A DNA stretch of 63,006 bases, the filler included, from Rhabdomonas costata (lineage: Eukaryota), in assembly GCA_019059605.1 (NCBI GenBank). It is 32 parts of 32 records of this genome, joined end to end, with 100 filler letters (N's around TTAATTAATTAA, not from the genome) between each part and the next. Parts side by side here need not be neighbours in the genome. Positions count along the whole stretch, not along the records: positions 23,667 to 25,539 come from JAHMHO010007915.1; positions 25,640 to 27,510 come from JAHMHO010007916.1; positions 27,611 to 29,483 come from JAHMHO010007917.1; positions 29,584 to 31,457 come from JAHMHO010007918.1; positions 31,558 to 33,430 come from JAHMHO010007919.1; positions 33,531 to 35,406 come from JAHMHO010007920.1; positions 35,507 to 37,379 come from JAHMHO010007921.1; 25 more parts are not named here. One strand, 5' to 3'. Positions 25,135-36,439 of this stretch are shown here, one piece after another. How positions within the stretch are numbered: the stretch's first letter is position 1; each line of letters begins with the position of its first letter. The notes below the pieces were generated by a model. The model saw only the letters and a program-made list of their open reading frames with translations. It did not search any database and was not told where the DNA came from. Made by a program: the position numbers and the translations under genes.

Positions 25135-26377
25135 TAGAATCGCTTCGTGCCCGGTCCTAGGCTCGTGACCTTTCTTCCTCGACCGGTTGTGGTGCCCCTT
25201 GGCGGCTGTTTCGTATCTATTTCCTATCAGCTGATGACAGCACCCAGCGTAGTTTACAAAAAACCAACCAAGCGAAAGGCTTTTTATGAACCTTTTCGGT
25301 GGATTCACATTACGGAACACCACAGAGGTCAGGATTGTACGTTTGTGGTACGACAAACAACTCGCAACGAAAAACACAAAGCCACTAAGTCACAGGGATA
25401 GGCCTGAGAAGAGGGCGTGTGGAAGGGAGATTTGACAGGGGAAGGAGAGGAAAGAACAGAAGGGGAATGAATGAAAGTGAGAGAGGGACCGAGGGAGCCA
25501 CAGAAGGCCATAGGGAAGGTCACCGTCAAGGAGGAGCCCNNNNNNNNNNNNNNNNNNNNNNNNNNNNNNNNNNNNNNNNNNNNTTAATTAATTAANNNNN
25601 NNNNNNNNNNNNNNNNNNNNNNNNNNNNNNNNNNNNNNNGTGGTGTGGGGTGTAGTATCCGATCCACGTGACGAACGATGCACTGCACGGTGCTTCGTGA
25701 ACTGAGAGGCGAGTTGGCTGTTGAGGTTGTCCGGTCAACTTGGTGCAGCGTTGGCGTCATGGCGTCCCTTCAACGTTATGGTACAGCGTCCGACCAGGGC
25801 GAGGGCAGCTGGTTCGGGTGAAGTGCGTTTGTTGGTTGGGCTCAGGTTGTTTGTTGGCACCACGTGGAGAAGTTGGGTTAGTCCAAGGCCAGGGGCCGAG
25901 GGACAGGGGGCTGGTGAAGGGACTGGCAGAGGGCTGCGGGGATCAACAATGAGGCATTCAGGGAGGACTGAGACGCAGAGCGGGAGAGACCAACGGCAAG
26001 TAGAGGATCCGAGCGAGAGAAGAAAGCCGCAGCGGAAATAGCACATAGCGTGGTGTCAGCATCTCTGCTATCCGCCTTCCAACGGTGACGTCGCAGGTCG
26101 TACACATCTAGTAGAAGGTAGGGTGTGTCACCCTATTAATAGTGTTATGCGTATGGTGTGTTATGCCAAAGTGTTGGTGTGGTGGTGTGGTGGGGTTGGG
26201 CATAGATGCCATGGTGCCAATCAATCCCTGGTGTTATGCCTCCGCTTCATCACGTAACCATACTCCCTCTTGGTATAGCGTCACGTCCTATTGTGTGACC
26301 AGTGATGTGGTGGTGTTGGCATCTTGGCGTAGGGCGTCCACTCCTCCACACCTTCAACCTAGGTGTGTCTTACCCTA

Positions 26378-26621
26378 GTAGTAGTGTTGTGTGTGTCACC
26401 ATGGCTATGTTGTTGTGGTGGTGTGGGTCCGATGCGGGTGGTGGTGTCGATCTCACCCTGGCATCCGTATCACAACGGTAACCCCACAACATCATGCGTG
26501 TAGTAGTGTTGTGTGTGTCACCATGGCTATGTTGTGGTGGTGGTGTGGGTCCGATGCGGGTGGTGGTGTCGATCTCACCCTGGCATCCGTGTCACAACGG
26601 TATCCCCATCAACATCATGCG
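26378..26621. repeat. Tandem duplication, ~122-bp unit x2, in a G/T-skewed region
   Basis: GTAGTAGTGTTGTGTGTGTCACCATGGCTATG...CAACATCATGCGT at 26378 and 26500, with few differences. Confidence 0.92.
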
Positions 26622-27610
26622 TAGTGTTCCCTCTGTGCTATGGTGTTGTGTGTTGGGCTGATGCTGACCGTGGTAGAGCATCCGTAGTGGAGTTCACCGA
26701 GACTGACATGACAGGTGGACTGCTACGGTTGATGTTGGTTCCAATGCGTAACACCTTGTTGCTTTGTGCTTCCTATGTGTGACTTGGGTTGAATGGTGTG
26801 TCGATTCCTGGGCCCTGATGTTGGATGTTGGTGTGACGCTGGTTCCTGAGGCCCTCTGCGTGTTCGTGACTCTGACGTTGGATTCTTGACCCGGATGTGT
26901 GGATGTTGGTGGTGACGTGGTTGATGCTGAGTACAGAGTAAGACGTGAGGACATGGTATAGCGTACCATCAGCATGACCGTGACACGTACCCTCAGCATG
27001 ACCGTAGCGTGAGAAATGCCACCCTGACCACCCTCTTGACATCCACCACAGAAGCAGGGGTTCTAACGTCACCATCAATGCATTCCTACCGCAGGTGCCT
27101 TTCCTACTCCGGGATGCCTCGATACCTCGACATCCCTACGCACCTTCACTGAGGGTTCCTTGCATGGCTACGCCTGGTCGGAGCGAAGCGGAGAGACAAT
27201 GATAGAGTAAAGGGTAAGCCCCGCAGGGGCGTCTGTCTCGCTCCGCTCGTAATTTTTCAACGTGATCGAAAGAAAGGCTTGCATCTTCGCATGCGCTCAG
27301 ATGCTCCAGTCTTCTTGGTCGAATGTTCGCTACGCTCCCATGCTCCTAACCCCGTGATACCCCATGCACTGCGTTCGTGGGGCCTACTACGTGATCGACA
27401 TAAAGCCCAGCACCACCCACCCAAAGACCGACCCCAAATTCGCAACCCCACGCGCAAAAGATTTCTTCTGCATTTTCACTGTCATTGACCTTAGTTTCCT
27501 ACCCAAAACANNNNNNNNNNNNNNNNNNNNNNNNNNNNNNNNNNNNNNNNNNNNTTAATTAATTAANNNNNNNNNNNNNNNNNNNNNNNNNNNNNNNNNN
27601 NNNNNNNNNN

Positions 27611-28565
27611 TGTTTGTGTGGACTGCCGGGGCCCGTGACTACGCCAAGGCGGTGATCCGGAACGTCGATTCGCGCAGCGTGATTTCCCACTGCATCTATC
27701 GTCACCGAAAATGGTTCAAGAAAGACTATACCAAGGACCTGAGGTGTTGCCCTTTCACGTGCCTCCACCCTCCACCCCGTTGGCTTTGGTTGCACTGCTG
27801 GTTCATCAGCATTAATAGGATGTTCAACGCCAGAAAAGCCACCCCATGAAAATACGCCGTATCAGAACTGGGTGCGGACTATTTCATTACATTTGAAATC
27901 TTTCTTGCTTCGCAAAATTGGTGCGCAGGTGTACATATTGGCTTCGGGATCTTGGGCAAGGGTAGTTTCGTTTCCATTGGTTAAGAAACCTCTTCAGTAA
28001 GATTTTGGTTTTCCGTTAACATCTGTCTTCACTACCGAGTGTATCTGTCTTGATTACGGAGTGTAATCATTTTTTTGGTTTGTTTCGCTGAAGAAGACCC
28101 CTTTGGTTTTCTTGTCTTCGCGCGCGCTCGCGTGTGTGGAAACTCGAAAACAATCACACACTTCAGAAAGACCGCACCCCCCATCAAAGATGCGGTGCCG
28201 TGAGAGGAAATAGATGAATAGATTCTCCAGCCTTCTCGAGGCAGCCATCCATCCAAAACTCAGGGCCTCAGAACTCTCTTGAACCGTTAGAATCATGCAA
28301 AGGGCCGAAATATCACCTGGCAGGCTGATTGGGCGGGACCTGGACCGGGTGCTGATCGTCGAGAACACCCCGGACTGCCTCCGCACTAACCCCGGCAACG
28401 GCATCCTAGTCAGCGACTTCGAGGGCCCTGGGGAGCGCGACAAGCCCCGCCGCGACAGCACGCTGGCCCGGCTGACTACGATTGTCACCGAGCTGTGCCG
28501 CAGCCAGCGCCCCGTGCCGGAGTTCCTCTCGGCCTGCCCGCTGCTCACCAAGCAGATCGTCGACG
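27611..28565 (+). CDS. NIF/SCP/FCP1-like HAD phosphatase (kinetoplastid-type), partial
   Basis: Exon ..27743 VWTAGARDYAKAVIRNVD...HCIYRHRKWF...YTKDLR and exon 28324-28565 LIGRDLDRVLIVENTPDC...NGILVSDFEG. Confidence 0.9.
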
Positions 28566-29992
28566 GTGAGTGCTTGTGTGTTTGTGCGGATGTGCCGTTC
28601 TAGCGTGCCAGTGAGGATTGCAACAGAAACCTTTCTACCACCGCAAAAGTGAAAACGCTAGTCGGGATGGAATTATACTAGGATAATTGGGCGAATGTCC
28701 CACAACACCGAACCAATACCTAATCACGAGACCTTGGTTTGGACCTTGGTCCTGCGAGGAAAAGGATGGCGCTCTGTACTGCAATGCAACTGCATTCCAG
28801 GGGAAAAGGACGGTTACAAAGCCCTGCGAGACGCTCACTCTGTATACCAGCATTACTGCATTAGCAGGGAGAAGAAAGCCTCCAAATGCTTACCTCTGGC
28901 AGCCGGCTCAGGAAACGTGCGTTGCGTTGTTACACGCGCCCTAAAACACGCACACACACACACACACATTTGAGAATATTGGTGGGGATTCTGTTCCCAG
29001 CCCATTGCAATCGTGCCCTTTATGAAAAAAGAACAAGTGGTGAGGCATTGCTGGTAGGATGAGATCGCTGTATGCTTCTGCTCGGAAGTGGCACCCCGCA
29101 CCCCTAACTTTACAACCAACAGGGTGCCCCGGTGAGATGTATTATCTCCCATCCTGTGCATGGAGCAGCCCTGTTAAGATCGCAAAGCTTAACCGTGACA
29201 AGCAATGAGTGCATGCCTTTTTTTTGTTCTTCCTGGCCTTGGCTGTACATATTCATGACCGCGTCTCCAATGGGCAGGTGTAAGATTGCCCCGCGGCAGT
29301 GGGTTGGTCTGCCTTCCAAGCGCACCCTTCTCACCGACGGTGGGGCTGTTCTGCCTTTTCTGGCTTGATTTAGAACCACTTTTTCTCCCTGCCCCCTGCG
29401 CAAACTTCTGTGCCCATCGTGTGCTCGAGCAATCTAGCAAAGGGACGTGCAGAAATACCGCTGTTTTCCTCCTACCCAACCCCNNNNNNNNNNNNNNNNN
29501 NNNNNNNNNNNNNNNNNNNNNNNNNNNTTAATTAATTAANNNNNNNNNNNNNNNNNNNNNNNNNNNNNNNNNNNNNNNNNNNNTTCCTAACAAAGCAATT
29601 ACTCAACTCAAGCAGTGGCCCTGGAGATCACACAGTGAGCCATTATAACCCACTTGCAGCGCGTCACGTGGGGGGCCATCTTTGCGGGACAGACGTGAGC
29701 CGGAATTGTGCGAAAATGTGACAAAGACGAGGACGACTTCAGGCGTGGGGTAAAATCAAAGCATTTTTCATTATTACGTGGTTCAGTGCTGCACGCTTTC
29801 CCCCCAAAGAAGGATTAAATTAACTATTTTAAGGACAGCGTGCAACGTAAAGAAAAAAGGCAAAAAAAAAAAGGCGCCAATCGCAACATTCTGATTCAGG
29901 GACGCAGCATCTGTGCGCATTCATTGCAACTTCAAAAAGTTTAGTGTATTGCAGGCTCACCTTACCTTGAGCAATGGAATTCCTTGTACTCT

Positions 29993-31332
29993 CACTCGCA
30001 GCTCCAGGATCTCCGAGTCGTCGTCACGAGGCAGGTGGTTGGCGAAGTCCAAGGCCTTCAGGATGTACTTCCGCGACTATGGAATGTCGCGGTCAGGCGT
30101 GGCACAATTGGTGCGTGGCAAAAAAAAGCTCCAACATTTCTCTTGGGGATGGAATTTTGGTGGGTGTGAAAAGCAGATTTGACAGCGCATCGGAAACTTG
30201 TTGACCATGGTGACCTGAGACAGGAGCCGAGCGGTGGAAGGAAGTCCAACAGAAATATAGCGCATTTACTTTTTCTTAAATCCCTGGTACTGTGCCAAAA
30301 TTAGCAAAAAAAAAAAAAGACATGAATCAGGCAGACCGCATCTCTGTTGTGGTCCTCGTAGTAAATCTCACTTTGACGGCGCAGATAGCGGATGGCATTG
30401 CGCAGGTCACATGGGTCCAGAGGCCGGCTGCCATCTAGGGCCTGGGTGCTGTCGAGCAGAGCGATCCAGTGATGCGCGATCTCCATGACCATCCTCGAAG
30501 GCACCCTGGGGTCCACAGCGCTCTCCTCCATCTCGCTCAGGTCCCCAAAAGTGGTCTGCAAAAAGGTGGGATAATCGCCAAGTAAAGTGGGATGCAAATC
30601 AGAGCGCCATTGCATTCGTTCATGTGACAATGGGGAGGTACGGCATGGAGAGTGTAAAGGGCGAACCTTTGTAACCTCTGGACCAAATGCCAATCCGATG
30701 GGAAAAACAAAACAATGGCAGTCATCCATAGAGATTTCATAACTTTTTTGGTGCACCGAACTGATACCAATGATCCCAGTAATCCCAGTGTGCATGACCA
30801 TATTGTGAGCTCCCTTATTTATGGTGGTCCACAGGAGAAAAAAGTAGGTGTTGGGTAGCTGGGCGAACCGAAGCTGGCAACGACCTGAGTAGGAAAGACC
30901 GCAGCGGACACTCCGGCTGGGGGAAAGGGCTCGGCCTGGCAGCATGAGCCTTGCCGTCCATTGCCCCGCACAAAAAGCTTCTGAGCGTAATCCATCAGAA
31001 ACTCCACTGCCCGCCGATGCACGAGCACTCTGCGGCATGGAAAGAACGGAAGCTGCGGCAAAAGCAGTCAATGCTTGCTCATCACGAGGCACAGCTGTGG
31101 GGAAATCGCTGTTTGGCACAGCAATACCTGACCGCACTACTAATGCAGACTGGAACAAATGTGGACAACCGAAGCAGGTCCTAAGCACACGGCGGCTAGA
31201 CCTCTGCTCCAAAAGCATCATTGCATAGGCAGCCTCCTTCGCCAGCATGTCGATGAAGGTGTAGAGGTCGTACTCGGACCCCGCAGGGGCCAGGATCTTC
31301 ATTCGCGTCAGCTCCTTCATATTCTTCACAAC
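29993..31332 (-). CDS. Multi-exon fragment of an unknown protein
   Basis: Exons VVKNMKELTRMKILAPAGSEYDLYTFIDMLAKE; TTFGDLSEMEESAVDPRVPSRMVMEIAHHW...EDHNRDA; SRKYILKALDFANHLPRDDDSEILELR, each with an AG acceptor. Confidence 0.6.
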
Positions 31333-31557
31333 CTGTGGAGAGAAACCCGAAGAAAACGGGAGGCCGCGCTCGTGACAGGAAAGCCACAGAATAGCGCAAA
31401 CCAAACCGTGAGCCAGGTGAACACCTTCTGATGGAGCGTGTGCACCCCCCCCCCCTCNNNNNNNNNNNNNNNNNNNNNNNNNNNNNNNNNNNNNNNNNNN
31501 NTTAATTAATTAANNNNNNNNNNNNNNNNNNNNNNNNNNNNNNNNNNNNNNNNNNNN

Positions 31558-33349
31558 GTTTCGCTGCTGTGGGCGGCGGTGTTTGTTGTGCTGCTGGTGG
31601 TTCCCGGATGGGCACTGACTGTTCTCTGCAGCGCCGCAGGGGCATCCCCACGCAGCTCCCGCCGCACGCCCTGCAGCACAGAATGAAGCCAGGCGTTGTT
31701 CTCGCGCTCCACGGTCTGCACCACAGCGGCACCGTTGCCGTATGTCTCCGTCCCGGTGCGATGCTCCGGCTTCAAGGGGAACGCCAGCGCCCCTGTCGGG
31801 GACCACAGCGGTTCCGAAGTCCGAAAAAGCTTCGGTGTGGTGCGAGGGGTGCAAACAATGGTGGGAATCTCAGGGTTGATCTCCCTAAGGCGGCTGCTCA
31901 CCGTGGCAAGCAAACGCCCAAAGACGGTCCGCCGGCCTAAAGGGAAGGGTCCTATGGCCTGCCTGCCCATCACCACCCCCACAATTTCCCCTTTCGCCAG
32001 AAACGATGCCACCACATCCGCCGAGGCGACGGTTGCATTCCACGCGCTGGCCAGTTGCCGAACCTTTGCCAAGTCGAGAAGCGGGGGACTGAGAAATAGA
32101 AGGGCCTCCGTCACCCCTTTTCCCTTGGGGGGCTCTACAAGCCAGGCCGCACCCAGAGACACACTGGCATCGCCAGGCCCGGGAGGCACGTAAATGGGCT
32201 TTCGGAGCAGTTTGAGAAGCATCGCGTTGAGGAACACGTTGAACCCCGCTCCCCCACCGACAGCGACTCCATCCACCGCTGAAACGTTCTTCAGCAGAGG
32301 TACAACAAAGCCCAACACGTAGATCTCCAGGGCGCGTTGTGCGCTGGCCAGGAAGGCTGCCTCCTGGTGTGGAGGAATGGCCAGGGAAAGTCGCATCACA
32401 TCTTTTTGGCACGCAGGCCACTGCGACCGCATTATTTCGAGAATAGAAGAGACAAAGCGGGTCTCGGGGCGCCCAAATGCGGCCTTCTTCATCTGAAAGG
32501 TCGGAGGGCACGGCTTGATCTCGTGAAGAGCTGAAAGTGGAGGAGCACACACAATCAAACCATCACGTTACGTTAATCGAAATGCGCGACTTTGTGGAGC
32601 TCAGGGCGCCATTCACCAAAAGACAGAGTGTCATTCATTGAAACGAGAGTCAAAACTCAAATTATCATTATTTTTTAATCCAATGTTGGCAACGGCACAA
32701 TCACATGAACACAATCGTCAACCCATGGCATAACAGAGCACAGCAAAAAGCATGCTTCGCACGCGACACCTAAGACGCAGTACGACCAAACAACAACGGG
32801 GTTTTGGCCTGCAGGTGCCTCCTTTATCAGCCGAAGACCGTGGCTACGACTCGCGAGGTACGCCGTGAGTGTGATCCCATCGAGGGTCAAGGTCAGAGCA
32901 CTATCGAATGGCGAGCTGTAGAACGCCGCGGCGGCGTGGGAGAGGTGGTGGCCCTGATAAAGCCACTGCGGACTGGGCGCCAGCTTTTGAAAGGCGGGTT
33001 GCATCCACTGAAATGCAGGCTCCCCGGGTGCGTCGGAAACCACCATATCGTAGTGACCACATGAAAATCGACCTCCACCAGCAGCTAGGTGGGCTGCACA
33101 AATCTGGCCGATTGCAACCTTGAAGACATCATCGAACAACTTCGGGTTGGATCGCAGGGCAGTAAAGCACTCAATATCGACACACGCGGGATGATAGTGT
33201 TCAAGTTCCATGGCCGTGCAAAACCCCGAGGTGCACAACGTGAGGCACAGGTCGTGATAAAACAGCAGACCAGACAGCACGGTCAGGGCATCACTCAATA
33301 CCGTGGCGAAAGCCAAAAGCAAAACACCAACACACCGAAATAGCGGCAT
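31558..33349 (-). CDS. Carbamoyltransferase (NodU/CmcH/TobZ family), divergent, with a predicted signal peptide; 2 exons (33349-32770, 32530-contig end)
   Basis: Motifs YHD, HHLSHAAAAFYSSPFDSALTLTLDG, GGGAGFNVFLN, YVPPGPGDASVSLGAA, GEIVGVVMGRQAIGPFPLGRRTV, VQTVERENNAWLHSVL; phase-1 GT-AG intron at 32769-32531. Confidence 0.9.
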
Positions 33350-34960
33350 TGCAACCAATGCTAGCTGCGAAAGTGATGAAAGACCCGGAAAACCCAGGGA
33401 ATTCACGTGTGCCCAACCTACCACCCCACANNNNNNNNNNNNNNNNNNNNNNNNNNNNNNNNNNNNNNNNNNNNTTAATTAATTAANNNNNNNNNNNNNN
33501 NNNNNNNNNNNNNNNNNNNNNNNNNNNNNNACCTTCAGCCAGCACCCATCCACGACGCCATCCACAACCATGGGGTGGGTCATGGTGCTCGTGCTCGTAC
33601 CGGTGCTGGTCGTCGTGCTCCTCCGGGCGTCAAGCCCCAAGTGTTCGCGCCTGTTCTGACATAGGCGTGGATCTGCTCTACTCGCCCTCCCCCGTGCTGC
33701 ACGACAGGGTTGTGGCGGTGAGGGGTGGGTCCATGAGCGTCACCATCACCACCATGAACGGCATCCGGAAGAAACACAACGAAAACGCAAAGAAGAAGAA
33801 AGGAAGGAAGGAAGGAAAGAAAAAGAAAAACAGAAAACTGTAATGACAAGCCAAGAATTCCGGAGGGGTCGGAAATGTACAAAATGTACAATTTACAGGC
33901 AGCTTCGCCTTTTCCGACGTGTTGCGCACTCCCTTTCTCCGCAGCAATGCACCAGGCCAACACTGCCTGCTGAAATTTCCTTCCCCTGCCATTTCTCCAC
34001 CTTCTGCAGGGACTGTTGCACTGTCAACTGCCGCCGGCTCTCAACATTGCAGACCAGGATGTCCCAGGCTCTTGCCCAAATGAGCAGGTTGATTTGCCAC
34101 GCTTTGCGTGCTTTTCTGTGCTTCATCACCGCCCCTCCCCCAGCAAACCGCTAAATTTCCGGATAGTTCACATTCGCATTATACCCTTTACTTGAACAAC
34201 AAAACCTCCACTGTAAAATAGCCAACACATTTTCTCAATCGCAAATCAAATACCTTCTCTTCGGCTTATCAGTTCCTGCCCTTCCTCCTTGGGTTAAAAA
34301 CACGCGTGCAAAAGTTATATTGAGGAAGTGAACCCTATTATATGCAAGTGAAAGTTTTTTTTCTACTCACAAGACGTTTTTGTTTGTTCCGAGTTTCTTG
34401 TGCATTATTTATGCGAGCTCTTACGACAGAAATTAACTAATTCCAATAAAAAATATTTTGTATAGCCACAATTTTAGATGTTATAAAAAACACTGCGATG
34501 AAATTGGTAATTTAGGGGTTTCATCAGCCATTGAAAACCGTTTGTTCTCAACTCCTACTTTTTTGGCTAACACTATGTTTCTTCAGAGAAAGGTCTCCTT
34601 CCAAAACACACCCACAGTTTATGTGGAATGCTATTGTAATGATGTATAGCAAATTTCCATTATGAAACAAAGTATACTTAGACATCTTGTCTGTTATATT
34701 CTGGTGGAATTTTGTTCGGTGAATCACTTTATTTCATTTGTGCTTCATAAGCGATACTAATACAAAGAAAGTAAACATTCCCGCAGTGAAAATATGTCAG
34801 GCGACTTTACTCTTTGGTTAGAAAATACTCATTACAAGAAGACGTGACGATAAAGCGGTGGGAAAAGCCAACCCAACCCATTCCTCCCACATCATTCATT
34901 CATCACTTATGAGTAGAGGGCTAAGCCTAAGCTGGCCTGGGGTCTTTTGTACATGCAGCA

Positions 34961-35261
34961 GGCCTCCCGAAACGCTGAGTGGCCGGTCCTTGGGGTCAGG
35001 AGACTCCCGACCTTTCACCCTCGGCCGGTGACGGCGCCCCTTGGCGGCTCTTTCGTAACCCTTTTGCGCCGCTTCTTGCCCCACGCAGCGTGGAGGGTTT
35101 ACGACAGCACCCACAAGGTACTTTACAACGAACCACCCACCGAAAGGGGCTCGGCAACTGGCACGTGGCCGCCTGCAGCCCACAAAAATCACCGCGTCGC
35201 TGATTTTCACTGGCACTCCATCTTCACGGGCGAGCCCGCTCAACACGATGAAGCCGTGCAA
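34961..35261 (+). CDS. Probable internal exon, unknown protein
   Basis: GC-rich open frame AEWPVLGVRRLPTFHP...HDEAVQ between CAG and GTCAGG. Confidence 0.4.
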
Positions 35262-36009
35262 GGTCAGGCTACCTGCCTGGCCCGCGCCAGCTGCCGCGCC
35301 ACAGCAAGCGCCAGTGCATGCTTAAATACTTCTGGAAATGCATTTATGCAAAGCCAGAATGCAACCAGGAAAGCAGCGCAAATGAGTGTGTGTGTCCCCC
35401 ACCCCCNNNNNNNNNNNNNNNNNNNNNNNNNNNNNNNNNNNNNNNNNNNNTTAATTAATTAANNNNNNNNNNNNNNNNNNNNNNNNNNNNNNNNNNNNNN
35501 NNNNNNGGGTGTGTGTGGTCTGTCTCCCTTCTGCTCATGTTGCTTCTGCCGTTGATGCACTTCGATTTGGAAATAGTCCGAAAAGCTGGTACACAGTCCA
35601 GTCACCCAAACCAAAGGGGTAACAAGCAAAAAGCTGCGAAGCCTTGCATTTTTTTTTACGCAAAAATCGGAAGTTTCGCTTTTTGTCAGCGACCCTGACT
35701 CGGGATAAGTCCTCCTTTGTTCTGACTGCCTTGGAGCAGGTCTAACTAGGTTACCTGGCGGTCAGGGGAGGTTGTAGATTAGACCAACAAGAGCAGATGC
35801 TGTGGTAGTATTGATCCGGAAGCAGAGCTTTCCAGAAAACTGATTTCTCGCATTTTTTTCTCAACGCGAGTGTCCCTTGCCCTTAAATATGCTTATCCGA
35901 GCTTTTTGCAAGCACCCCGCTCAAGAACATCGCATACGTCTTCGCCACTGTGCTTTGCTTGACAATATTGTCAGAAGTCAGCGCGCTTATGTTCTTCCTT
36001 TCCTTCAGA

Positions 36010-36439
36010 GGAATGGATGTACACGCTGGCCGCCCTGGAGAAGAGGAACTCCCTAAATCCAGGCTCCCGGGAAGTTCTTGCCGCCTCGGTGTTCCAGGAG
36101 TGGCGGGTGAGCGGTAACCTTCCTGCCCTTCTTCCAGAGCTGGAGGCGGCGATGCACACGCATCACGCCTCAGCATCCGTCTCCACGGATGAGCCCGAGT
36201 TGCGGGATGGCTGTGGGTTCCTTGTCCGCAGCATCCGCCATGGGCACCGCTTCCTTACTCATGAGTGGTGCCCGGGCAGTGGGAATCTAGGGATGACTTC
36301 GCACTTTTCCAGCAGTGGTAATGGCAGCGGCTTTGGTAGTTTTGTCGGTGGCGACAGCGGCGCCGTTACCGGCACCTCGGTTTACACGGATGGGACGACG
36401 GTGGTTTGTTTGGAGGGACATGCGGGCGGCGCCAGCTAA
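36010..36439 (+). CDS. Probable terminal exon, unknown protein
   Basis: Pyrimidine tract-CAG, then EWMYTLAALEKRNSLNPGSREVLAASVFQEW...GGAS*. Confidence 0.5.

Noticed and set aside
30301-31404. 367-aa ORF
   Set aside because: It reads through intron-like low-complexity sequence; only the embedded exons look coding
33531-34130. GC-rich coding-looking sequence
   Set aside because: No frame or strand gave a convincing protein or consistent splice sites
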